A DNA stretch of 64,000 nt from Minisyncoccota bacterium (GCA_020059915.1 JAGVBB010000003.1:40920-104919); one strand, 5' to 3'; positions 19,191 to 27,683 are shown, counted from the stretch's first letter. Numbers and translations are program-made. The notes: generated by a model from the letters alone, not told the origin.

Positions 19191-20144
19191 TTATTTTTCT
19201 TGATTTAGTGTATCTGTCACAAATATTGGAATTCTGAAATTTGAAAACATTGATTCGTAATTAAGTTGGAAGTGAAATTCCAATTCATATTCATGTATTA
19301 CCACCCTTCCCGCATTATGTTTCTGGTGTATGTAACTTGCCAGTCGTTTTTTTGCGATTGGTTCTGCAATGTGGGTTTCAATATAGTTCCCTATTGTATT
19401 GCCAAATAAAAACTCAAGAATTTTTTTTATCTTACTTGGTTTGTGTAGCGGAACCATTTCGCTATTGAGCATTCCAATTTCTGCCCAGCTGTTTTTTTCT
19501 CTGAATCTTTCATATGATAATCCATCAATAAAAATAGGGATGAGATGTTTATATAATTCATATCGATAGTAATTATGTGGAGGCTTTTCATATGATATGG
19601 GGGTTATGATATGGTTGAAACAAAATTTGTCGGGACTACTTGCCTCAAAATCATCAAGACGTCTGGCGCGAAACAAAGAAAACAAACCACTTACCAAATA
19701 GCGTGCAGTGAATATCCTGCCCTGTCGCACGCCAAGTACGACATCAAAGTCGGATGATTTTCTAATTGCGCCGAATGACATTGAACCACTAACGAGCACA
19801 AAATCAACAAATGGAATATATCGGAACCACGTTGCCATCTTCATAAGTTTTTTCCACTTGATATCAAGGAGAAAATCTTGCTTGGTTCTTGATTCCAATA
19901 ATGAATCTCTATTTTGTATAACAAGAAAACCGTTTTTTGAAAAAACCAGTTTTTGTTGTGTTAACGATTCTATTACTTCAATAATTTGTGTGAATGAAAC
20001 CTGTTTCAATAGCGGAGCTCGCGTTACTATTTCCATGGGAGTTACTGCTCGCTCCATGGCGTTATAAAAAGATATGAATTCAAATACAGATTGTTCGATA
20101 TTATTCCTCATCTTGTGTAGATGATTCAATTTGCGCAGGCTCAA
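19191..20144 (-). CDS. hypothetical protein with nucleotidyltransferase-fold motif
   Basis: LVSGSMSFGAIRKSSDFDVVLGV matches the hG[GS]...DxD minimal nucleotidyltransferase signature. The start is uncertain because the track ORF overlaps rmuC by 44 nt. Confidence 0.4.
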   Translation of the reverse strand: MSLRKLNHLHKMRNNIEQSVFEFISFYNAMERAVTPMEIVTRAPLLKQVSFTQIIEVIESLTQQKLVFSKNGFLVIQNRDSLLESRTKQDFLLDIKWKKLMKMATWFRYIPFVDFVLVSGSMSFGAIRKSSDFDVVLGVRQGRIFTARYLVSGLFSLFRARRLDDFEASSPDKFCFNHIITPISYEKPPHNYYRYELYKHLIPIFIDGLSYERFREKNSWAEIGMLNSEMVPLHKPSKIKKILEFLFGNTIGNYIETHIAEPIAKKRLASYIHQKHNAGRVVIHEYELEFHFQLNYESMFSNFRIPIFVTDTLNQEK

Positions 20145-21171
20145 GACCTATTGCCGAACCTGTAATACGCATGACATCCTTATCTATTTTTTTTAACTCC
20201 CCCGTTGCCTTTCGATAATGATTCACCGTAGTATCCAACGACTTTCCCATTGAGTTCATATATTGTTCATATGCCAAAAGATGTTTTCCTAACTCTTCCA
20301 CACGCTTGATAATATCTTTTGCCGATTCCTCAATTTGCAATGATTTCAATCCCTGCAAAACCGTTTGTAAATATGCGAGAAATGAGGTTGGTGAAACTAT
20401 AATAACGTGTTTGTCTTTGAATGCGTATTCAATTAAGTCGCGTGTATTTACCTTAACTGCACCCACTTGTGAGATGAGAAGATCATAATAAATTGCTTCA
20501 TGTGGGATAAACATAAATGCAAAATCCATCGTTCCTTTGGATGGAATAACATATTTTGAAGTTTCATCAATTCTCTTTTTTAAATCGTTTTTAAATTCTT
20601 TTTCGTATGTTTCACGAAGTGTTGGATCTTTTTCTTCAATAATGCGATTATAATTTTCAAGAGAAAACTTTGAGTCAATGGGAATAATTTTATCTTTTAC
20701 AAATACAACGGCATCCACAATAAGTTCTTTCCCGGTATTTTCATCAACACCCATATGATATTGCATTTCAAAACTTCCTGGGGGAAGCACATTTTTGAGA
20801 AGCGTTTCAAGATAATATTCACCTAATATTCCCCGTTGTTTTGGATTCTTTAAAATGTCTTGCAACGATTGGAGTTGGTCGGTGAAATTTATTACCTGCT
20901 TGTTTGTTTCATCAAGTTTGGTGAGGCGTTCAGTGACATCGCGGATAATTTTATGGGACTCACTATATTGTGTTTGCATGAAGCGCGTTGATTCCCCAAG
21001 TCGTGAATCAAGTGTTCGTGCTATTTCCTGCATCTGACTTTGTAAAAGAAGTAGCGAGGAGTTTTCTTCTTTTGGTTTTGGTTGTTTTAACGCTCGCAAA
21101 ATAATCACCAGGGCAATGCCCACGGCAATGATGGGAACAAGAACAATAAGAAGTGTTGTCGTTGTTGTCAT
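20101..21171 (-). CDS. rmuC: DNA recombination protein RmuC
   Basis: N-terminal TM, a coiled coil, and the RmuC nuclease-like C-terminal region (YVIPSKGTMDFAFMFIPHEAIYYDLL). Confidence 0.7.
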   Translation of the reverse strand: MTTTTTLLIVLVPIIAVGIALVIILRALKQPKPKEENSSLLLLQSQMQEIARTLDSRLGESTRFMQTQYSESHKIIRDVTERLTKLDETNKQVINFTDQLQSLQDILKNPKQRGILGEYYLETLLKNVLPPGSFEMQYHMGVDENTGKELIVDAVVFVKDKIIPIDSKFSLENYNRIIEEKDPTLRETYEKEFKNDLKKRIDETSKYVIPSKGTMDFAFMFIPHEAIYYDLLISQVGAVKVNTRDLIEYAFKDKHVIIVSPTSFLAYLQTVLQGLKSLQIEESAKDIIKRVEELGKHLLAYEQYMNSMGKSLDTTVNHYRKATGELKKIDKDVMRITGSAIGLEPAQIESSTQDEE

Positions 21172-21173
21172 AG

Positions 21174-21527
21174 CTAGTTATTTGAAAGTAATACCACGAT
21201 TATAAGAAACACGAGAAGTGAAAGAAATGAATTTGCAAAAGCAAATATATAAGAGAGAAAACGTTCTCGGTTCCAGAATTCATACATGAGCACTCCATTC
21301 ATTCCCATCATAGTGAGCCCCAACAACCATATTCCCCACAAACCGCTTTTCTCCCCGAACACACTCACCTCCTGCAATGTATCAAATTTTATAACAATAG
21401 ATTCAGCAAGACGCCCGTAGTTTGTTGCGGTTAACACAAGAGAGACAACAGAAAACGCGATGCCTAAAAAAATGAGCGCTGAATATATTTTGTGGTGTTT
21501 GAAAAATGGTAGATACTTGAGCATCAA
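21174..21527 (-). CDS. hypothetical membrane protein
   Basis: 117 aa with 3-4 TM segments. It may be a leaderless mRNA, because a TATAAT lies 12 nt upstream of the ATG. Confidence 0.4.
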   Translation of the reverse strand: MMLKYLPFFKHHKIYSALIFLGIAFSVVSLVLTATNYGRLAESIVIKFDTLQEVSVFGEKSGLWGIWLLGLTMMGMNGVLMYEFWNRERFLSYIFAFANSFLSLLVFLIIVVLLSNN

Positions 21528-21582
21528 TTACTATTATAACCCACAACCCACAACCGACAACCAACAACGCGGAAAAAAAGAA

Positions 21583-21610
21583 CCCGCTAATGAGCGGGTT
21601 TTTTGAGAAA
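21583..21610 (-). terminator. intrinsic terminator overlapping the stop codon
   Basis: aacccgctaatgagcgggtt hairpin with T-runs on both strands. Confidence 0.45.
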
Positions 21611-22039
21611 ATTGATGACCGATGCCCAGCCAACCATATAAAGGATAATTGGGAGGATAAAGAATAACAGAGAAAAAAGTGATTCTCCTATCGTTGGGCT
21701 GTCTCCCAAAAATACTTTTGCCATCATATTTTGAATATCGGCCGGTAGCCACGAGGCATTTAAGTATATGATCAATTCAGTGCGGAAAAATGAGTTAGTG
21801 CTCCAGTTTCCTATTTTAAGAAATTCATTCTGTCTAAGAATTTCGTTTCTTTGTACAAGTATTGAATCAATTTCACCTTCAAATTCAATTCCATTTGCTT
21901 GGTGATAATTAACAGTTGTTTCGAACTTTTCTATTGTTGTAGAAAGTTCGTCTCGCATGGAAAATTGATCATAGATGAATTGAATCGGTAAGTATACCAA
22001 GAATACGAATAGCAGAATTCTAAAAATTTTGCGTTTCAT
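21587..22039 (-). CDS. hypothetical membrane-anchored protein
   Basis: N-terminal TM and C-terminal TM. No recognised motif. Confidence 0.4.
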   Translation of the reverse strand: MKRKIFRILLFVFLVYLPIQFIYDQFSMRDELSTTIEKFETTVNYHQANGIEFEGEIDSILVQRNEILRQNEFLKIGNWSTNSFFRTELIIYLNASWLPADIQNMMAKVFLGDSPTIGESLFSLLFFILPIILYMVGWASVINFLKKPAH

Positions 22040-22150
22040 AAATCACCTTTAAATTATTAATGATGGAGTAATTATAGCATGTACCCTTGACTTTGTCAAT
22101 ATAGTATGCTATAATGTGTACATACTTAATAATTTAATGAGGAGTAGAAA

Positions 22151-22441
22151 ATGGTAAAAATGACAACAAAAATTGGGTTCCTTGAACGAAAAATGTCGGA
22201 ACATGATTGGAAGGAAGCTGATATGCACTTGACCATCATTGATGGAGAAATCAGTCAAGCTCAATTGGAAGATTTAAAAAATGGTTTGGGAATGCCTTGT
22301 GGTATTACCAAGGTTGACGATGAAGTACTGTTTACTGATTTTATTACCGCAACTCTTATTGCTGCTGGATGGGATGCATCAACAAAATACCATAAGTTTT
22401 CCGATGGCAAAATTGATCTAAATATTTCTGTAAAATTCTAA
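22151..22441 (+). CDS. hypothetical small protein
   Basis: 96 aa, preceded by a strong TTGACT-17 nt-TATAAT promoter at 22087-22121. Confidence 0.4.
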   Translation: MVKMTTKIGFLERKMSEHDWKEADMHLTIIDGEISQAQLEDLKNGLGMPCGITKVDDEVLFTDFITATLIAAGWDASTKYHKFSDGKIDLNISVKF

Positions 22442-22650
22442 TTTCAAAAGAATATTAAGGAGTATTGATGAACAAGTTTATATATTTGCCAAATTACTGA
22501 TTCCATTAAAGCTTTGTCATTAATTTGGCATTCATAAAAGCTGACCCCTTCTTTCATGGAGGGGTTTACTATTTTTTCTCATTTTGTATACTCTTATTGA
22601 GCTTATTATTTTTAGCTAATATCTAACCGCTAAAAGCTAACAGCTGTTCT

Positions 22651-22732
22651 GCGCGGGTGGCGAAATTGGTAGACGCACTACCTTGAGGTGGTAGCGCCGC
22701 AAGGCTTGGAGGTTCAAATCCTCTCCCGCGCA
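22651..22732 (+). tRNA. tRNA-Leu (anticodon GAG)
   Basis: Cloverleaf with acceptor gcgcggg/cccgcgc, a long variable arm, anticodon loop ttGAGgt, T-loop ggttcaaatcc and discriminator A. No encoded CCA. Confidence 0.85.
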
Positions 22733-22738
22733 CAAAAA

Positions 22739-22772
22739 TAAAAACTGAGTAGTTTACCTGCTCAGTTTTTAT
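22739..22772 (+). terminator. intrinsic terminator after tRNA-Leu
   Basis: Hairpin aactgagtag-tttacc-tgctcagtt followed by a T-run. Confidence 0.5.
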
Positions 22773-22780
22773 TTCTATAT

Positions 22781-22928
22781 ATTGTGAGAGGATTTGAACG
22801 AGAAAGGGGTCGGGAAAACGGGAGTTTTCCCGTGGTGGAAGTACTGAAACCGCAAGGTGTCAGAAAATTTCGTCTGCGAAATTTTGTTCAATTCCCTCTC
22901 CCGCCTGCCTACCGGCAGGCAGGCGCAC
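22781..22928. repeat. tRNA-Leu-derived partial copies plus GC-rich hairpin
   Basis: Inverted 14-nt copy of the T-arm (gagaggatttgaac at 22786-22799). Direct partial copy of the 3' end (gttcaattccctctcccgc at 22886-22904). Nested hairpins, and the palindrome gcctgcctaccggcaggc at 22904-22921. Confidence 0.45.
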
Positions 22929-22957
22929 AAAAAATAAACCCCCAAAGGGGGTTTTAA

Positions 22958-23224
22958 TTATCTTTTGTAATGAGTGTTGTGATACTCTTCGTATCTTGGA
23001 ATATTTATATGCGCGTAGAAGTTTCTATAAAAAACTCCTTTCAATTCGCTATAAAACATTCCAGCGAGTGTTAGTGCGGAAATTCCGATTACTAATAAGA
23101 AAACCGCAAAAACAATTGGATGAAGTGAGTACAATATTGCAATTATCCAAACAGATGTTATCAGGAACATATGTGCTGTAAGGATATTGAACAATGTTTT
23201 GTCAATATACATTTCCTCTTTCAT
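22958..23224 (-). CDS. hypothetical small membrane protein
   Basis: 88 aa with two predicted TM helices. Confidence 0.35.
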   Translation of the reverse strand: MKEEMYIDKTLFNILTAHMFLITSVWIIAILYSLHPIVFAVFLLVIGISALTLAGMFYSELKGVFYRNFYAHINIPRYEEYHNTHYKR

Positions 23225-23238
23225 TGGTATCCCCTGTT

Positions 23239-23568
23239 TTATTCTGCTGAAATTTTGAAGAGCTTAGAGCTGTTTTCCGGTATTCCTGGTATTTTTGCAA
23301 GACCGGAGAAAACGTCCCAGCTTTTTTTCTTACATTCCTTGAGAAATGCGTCGTTGTCTTTTTGAAATTGCGCGGTGTATTCTGCTTTTATTATAAAGTC
23401 ACCATCTTTTAGATTCGAAAAAGGACCCGACTCGGTTACTTTCATTTGTAACGGATTTTCATTTGTCACTTCTGCGATACACAACCGAACGAATCCAGTT
23501 ATCCAGATGATAAGAAGATCTCCCACTTTTGTTGAGTAGAGGGTTTTTGTCTTATTTTTCTTTTTCAT
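23239..23568 (-). CDS. hypothetical protein
   Basis: 109-aa ORF with no recognised motif. Confidence 0.35.
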   Translation of the reverse strand: MKKKNKTKTLYSTKVGDLLIIWITGFVRLCIAEVTNENPLQMKVTESGPFSNLKDGDFIIKAEYTAQFQKDNDAFLKECKKKSWDVFSGLAKIPGIPENSSKLFKISAE

Positions 23569-23638
23569 TTCACACCTTTCCTTTTGTTAAAGATTAAGTG
23601 CTATTATGCGTTGTTTTTTATCTTTTAGCAAGTTTTAC

Positions 23639-23821
23639 TTACTGACAAGCACACTTCTCTATAACGATTTTTGCGGGTTCGTTTCCCCTTCCGTAGAAGT
23701 ATCCCAAACTGAAGAAAAACAGCCCTATAAGGGCAATTACGAGCCAAAAAAGGGCCAACTTTACCCACTGAGGAGGCTGGTGTTCGTTTGGTTCTATTGG
23801 GGGGTTTGTTGAGCTAGACAT
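23639..23821 (-). CDS. hypothetical small membrane protein
   Basis: 60 aa with one TM segment. Confidence 0.3.
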   Translation of the reverse strand: MSSSTNPPIEPNEHQPPQWVKLALFWLVIALIGLFFFSLGYFYGRGNEPAKIVIEKCACQ

Positions 23822-23956
23822 CTTTTAATTAGTATAAACAATAAGCAAATATACTGCGCAAGTAGTCTACAATTCATTTACCCACGGAGAATATTATTTT
23901 GAATAAATATGTCGGAATAAAATAAATAAATTACTGAGTAAAAGGAATCAAAAAAC

Positions 23957-24016
23957 ACACTCTATTGCATCGTTCAAATCCCTTTAGGTTGCGTTTGCAA
24001 TAGAGTGCGTTTTTTT
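23957..24016 (+). terminator. terminator-like hairpin (possible rpmA leader/attenuator)
   Basis: 13-bp inverted repeat cacactctattgca / tgcaatagagtg with a 26-nt loop containing cgttcaaatccc, followed by a T7 run. No ORF lies upstream on this strand. Confidence 0.4.
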
Positions 24017-24125
24017 ACTTTTAGGAAGATTATTTATATTTTATGGAGATCATTTATAAGAAATAATATTCGTAGTCCTTGACACAGAACGCATATCTGG
24101 ATTATTATATATCGGTTAAGAAGTT

Positions 24126-24401
24126 ATGGCACATACCAAAGCTAAAGGATCTACTAAACTAGGACGAGAGTCAGAATCAAAACGACTTGGCGTGAAGCGT
24201 TTTGATGGGCAGGTTGTAAAAGCCGGCGAAGTTTTGATTCGTCAGCGTGGAACGAAATACTACCCAGGGACAAATGTTCTTCGTGGTGGAGATGATACCC
24301 TCTATGCGAAAACTCCAGGATCAGTAAAGTTCTCAAGTAAACAAAAAAAGAGTTTCGATCGTTCGAAGAAACGAGTTACCGTAATTAATATAGTAGGTTA
24401 A
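24126..24401 (+). CDS. rpmA: 50S ribosomal protein L27
   Basis: [29 protein letters not shown]... matches the L27 consensus. There is a Lys-rich C-terminal extension of about 20 aa. Confidence 0.9.
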   Translation: MAHTKAKGSTKLGRESESKRLGVKRFDGQVVKAGEVLIRQRGTKYYPGTNVLRGGDDTLYAKTPGSVKFSSKQKKSFDRSKKRVTVINIVG

Positions 24402-24407
24402 TAATAT

Positions 24408-24447
24408 AAAAAATCTCCGCGTTCTGCGGAGATTTTTGTTTTTCTAT
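24408..24447 (+). terminator. bidirectional intrinsic terminator
   Basis: aaaaaatctccgc-gttct-gcggagatttttgttttt between convergent rpmA and rplI. Confidence 0.55.
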
Positions 24448-24885
24448 CTATTCCTTTTTTACATCAACAACAATAGTTGTTTCTATTCCCTCGCCCACAT
24501 TAATTGGTACCACATGTTCCCCGATGGATTTTATTGGATGCTCTAGTAGTGCTTGAGCCTCCCCTGCCTTATATTGAACAAGTTGTTTTTCAATGTCCTT
24601 TGAAGTGATTGATCCAAATAACTCTCCCTTTTCCCCTGCTTTAAGTGTGAAGTGCAGTTTTAAATTTTTGATGGAATCCGCAAGTTTTTTTAATGTCTGT
24701 ATTTTTCTTTGGTAAGCCGCATCTTTTTCAGATTTTTCTTTTTCAATTTTTTGAATTGCTCCGGAGGTTGCCTGTACCGCAAATCCTTTTAGTATCAAAA
24801 AATTACGCGCATATCCATCGTTTATCTCTTTCACCTCTCCTTTTTTTCCAACACCTTTTATATCTTTTGTAAAAACTACTTTCAT
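24448..24885 (-). CDS. rplI: 50S ribosomal protein L9
   Basis: MKVVFTKDIKGVGKKGEVKEINDGYARNFL N-terminal L9 domain. Confidence 0.9.
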   Translation of the reverse strand: MKVVFTKDIKGVGKKGEVKEINDGYARNFLILKGFAVQATSGAIQKIEKEKSEKDAAYQRKIQTLKKLADSIKNLKLHFTLKAGEKGELFGSITSKDIEKQLVQYKAGEAQALLEHPIKSIGEHVVPINVGEGIETTIVVDVKKE

Positions 24886-24889
24886 ATGT

Positions 24890-26098
24890 TTATTTAAGTT
24901 GATCCTCTATGAGTTGAAGTGCTTTATCAAGTTGTGGATCTTTCTTTTGTTCTATATCTGTTTCTTTCATTACTACTGTTATATCCGGTTCCAATCCTGT
25001 TTTATCAATCTTTGTTCCGTCGGGAGTGAGCCAATGTGCAATAGTGACTTTCATTTTTGAGCCGTCTTTTAAATCCACAACCTCCTGAACACTTCCTTTA
25101 CCAAATGTTTTTTCTCCAATAAGTTTTGATCCATTAATATCACGGATTGCACCAGCGAGAATTTCTGCGGCAGAAGCGCTTCCCCCATTCACCAACACAA
25201 CGACAGGCATATCAACAAGCAGCCCATTTCCTGAAGCAAACCGAATTGTTTCCTCCCCCGTTCTTAGTTTTTCCTTTACTACTGTTTTTCCGGATTCCAA
25301 AAACCAACCACTAATATCTACTGCTACATCAAGAAATCCCCCTGGATTATTTCGAAGATCAAGAATGATTCCTTCTGGATTTTTATCTGCTATTTCAAAA
25401 AGTTTTTGGCGAAACAATGATGGAACGTTTGCATTGAAATTATGTAATTGAAGATGCGCAACATTCTTTCCATTAGAAAGAGTTTTTATTTCAACATCAA
25501 GTGTGGGTACCTCTATAATTGCGCGCGTGATTTTTATTTCCTTAGGTTCTTTCCATGAATTACGCATAATGAGCAATCGAACTTCTGTCCCCGGTTTTCC
25601 ACGAATAATCTTCACTGCGCTTTCCGTAGACATATTTGTAGTAGTCGTATTATCAATGCGAAGAATTCTATCTAACGGAAGAAGCCCTACTTTTTCTGCG
25701 GGATTGCCTTTTAGCGGAGAAATAATCGTTATGATGCCATCACGAAGTCCAATTTCTGCACCAATACCGCCGAACATACCATTTAAATCCTCATCAAATT
25801 TTTTTGCATCAGACGGATCAAAAAAATCTGAATATGGGTCCTCAAGTGATGCAATCATTCCACGAATTGCACCATAGAGCATTGAGTCGTCTTTAATTGC
25901 ACTCGTATCTACATATTTATTTTGAACAACATCAACTGCTTCCCAAAATAGTGAGAAGTCGGATTTAATAAGTGCGCGCGGATCGGTGATGACTATTGAT
26001 CGTTTGTTTCCATATGTATATCCAACAAACCCCGATACAATAATAATAATGAGCACAAACAGTGCACCTCCTGAAATTTTCCATTTGTTATTCCACAT
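24890..26098 (-). CDS. ctpA: carboxy-terminal processing protease (S41, PDZ-containing)
   Basis: N-terminal TM, a PDZ region, and catalytic-region motifs GGIGAEIG and VVLVNGGSASAAEILAGA. Confidence 0.85.
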   Translation of the reverse strand: MWNNKWKISGGALFVLIIIIVSGFVGYTYGNKRSIVITDPRALIKSDFSLFWEAVDVVQNKYVDTSAIKDDSMLYGAIRGMIASLEDPYSDFFDPSDAKKFDEDLNGMFGGIGAEIGLRDGIITIISPLKGNPAEKVGLLPLDRILRIDNTTTTNMSTESAVKIIRGKPGTEVRLLIMRNSWKEPKEIKITRAIIEVPTLDVEIKTLSNGKNVAHLQLHNFNANVPSLFRQKLFEIADKNPEGIILDLRNNPGGFLDVAVDISGWFLESGKTVVKEKLRTGEETIRFASGNGLLVDMPVVVLVNGGSASAAEILAGAIRDINGSKLIGEKTFGKGSVQEVVDLKDGSKMKVTIAHWLTPDGTKIDKTGLEPDITVVMKETDIEQKKDPQLDKALQLIEDQLK

Positions 26099-26164
26099 AT
26101 CCCTCTAATTAAATCAGAGTTCAAAGATGTATGCAAAAAAATGCCCCACAAGGGGGGGGCATAA

Positions 26165-26689
26165 TTATTTTTTCAAAAACAATAACTGTTTAGTTCCGAG
26201 TACCATCATTGGTGGTATCACATAAAGCAATGCAAGAAATCCACCACCGATTACAAGGCCAAATCCAAGTCCTACAAATGATCCAACCATGAGCAGATAT
26301 AATATCTCATGCTGATTCAACATTGATTGAAAACCGATATATGTGATCCATGCGCCGAAAGTAAAAATCAGCCCACATACCACATACACATAGATTGCGG
26401 TTGGTATGAATGTATACAGTATTATATTTACAATAAATGCTATGACCAAGACCGCACCGAGAATGATTTGACCAAATGTATCTTCCTCTTCTCCCTTGCT
26501 TCTTGATTCATCGTGTTCTTGTTCTCCAATATATCCGAATGTATAACCGCCAAAAGCAAGGAATAACACATCAAGAATTCTTGGGTATACAATTTCATAA
26601 CCGAATAATACGATCGGATCAATACGGAATAGTGAATATATAAATCCGAAAAATCCGAATGTAAAAAAGTACCTAGTTGGTGTATTCAT
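26165..26689 (-). CDS. hypothetical membrane protein
   Basis: 174 aa with 5-6 TM segments. No recognised motif. Confidence 0.4.
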   Translation of the reverse strand: MNTPTRYFFTFGFFGFIYSLFRIDPIVLFGYEIVYPRILDVLFLAFGGYTFGYIGEQEHDESRSKGEEEDTFGQIILGAVLVIAFIVNIILYTFIPTAIYVYVVCGLIFTFGAWITYIGFQSMLNQHEILYLLMVGSFVGLGFGLVIGGGFLALLYVIPPMMVLGTKQLLFLKK

Positions 26690-26745
26690 AACACCTCCTT
26701 TTATTGTTAATGTTGAGGAGATTATACAACGTATGCCTTATTCCG

Positions 26746-27291
26746 TCAATTTTCTATCTTGTAATAGTTGGGGCCTTGTGGAGTAAGTTCTGATTCAAAT
26801 AATACAAGTTCGGTTGGATGGAATGACGCATCAAATGGCGTGTATATAGTTTCCAGTCGTTCACGTGGTTTTGGATTAAATCGTGCGAGCGTTATATGTC
26901 CGTTGAAGTGCGAGGAATTTTCCTGCGTCCATTGTATTCCGTTTCTATATAAGTTTGCTTCAAGCGATAATTTTATAAATTCAAGCTCTTTCGATGTTTC
27001 TTTGGTGAGTGAAAGCCACACCATCCGTTTTTCAAATGCTGGCGGGCCGTAATCAATCGCGTTTGTTTGTATATACAGAGATTCGGGAATCGTTGTCCCC
27101 TTCATTGCATCAAGAATTCCCGGAATCATTGCTTCATCCTGGTCTCCGAGAAATGAAATAGTAATATGGAGATTTTCCCACTTTACGAGCCGTGCATCAA
27201 GCGGGATTTTTTTCACAAAAGAAACAGTCGCCACGTTAATAGAGTCCAGTGTCGTTTGAGGAAGTTCGAATGCTACGAACAACCTTTTCAT
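26746..27291 (-). CDS. thpR: RNA 2',3'-cyclic phosphodiesterase (2H phosphoesterase, LigT/ThpR)
   Basis: Two HxT/S motifs, HITISFLG and HITLARF, at the spacing typical of the LigT family. Confidence 0.75.
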   Translation of the reverse strand: MKRLFVAFELPQTTLDSINVATVSFVKKIPLDARLVKWENLHITISFLGDQDEAMIPGILDAMKGTTIPESLYIQTNAIDYGPPAFEKRMVWLSLTKETSKELEFIKLSLEANLYRNGIQWTQENSSHFNGHITLARFNPKPRERLETIYTPFDASFHPTELVLFESELTPQGPNYYKIEN

Positions 27292-27314
27292 ACCAATAAT
27301 AATAGCATAGAATA

Positions 27315-27683
27315 ATGGAAATGCCGCTTGATCCGAATTATTTAGAGCTTTTGAAAGAGCGCGGTAAAGAAAGTCACGTGTATAGAGATTATCAGCTCAC
27401 CGGACTTGAGGTTGCAGAAATGCTTGGAGATCGGACACACAAAGCGCTTTATATGCGACTTGCAAAGCAATATGGCGCGACTGCATTGCTTTCAGTTGCT
27501 CGACGAATTTCGGAACAAAAAGCAATAAAAAATAAAGGGGCGTATTTTATGAAGGTATTTTTCTCTGAATTTGGAAAACCTAAGAACCAAAAAAAAGATG
27601 AATCAAAAGGAAGTAAAACCAATAGTCACCATAGAGGAAAAGAAAAACGAAACGTTTCTCCGAAAGAAAACGGTTCCGTTTAA
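27315..27683 (+). CDS. hypothetical protein (3' end overlaps def)
   Basis: The helical N-terminal 80 aa look protein-like. The low-complexity Lys-rich tail overlaps the def start, so the true 3' end is uncertain. Confidence 0.3.
   Translation: MEMPLDPNYLELLKERGKESHVYRDYQLTGLEVAEMLGDRTHKALYMRLAKQYGATALLSVARRISEQKAIKNKGAYFMKVFFSEFGKPKNQKKDESKGSKTNSHHRGKEKRNVSPKENGSV

Noticed and set aside
22780-22930. tmRNA (ssrA) or a second intact tRNA downstream of tRNA-Leu
   Set aside because: There is no tag-peptide reading frame and no CCA or acceptor pairing consistent with a tRNA-like domain. The T-stem cannot be formed (tg versus cc flanks), so it is interpreted as tRNA-derived fragments.
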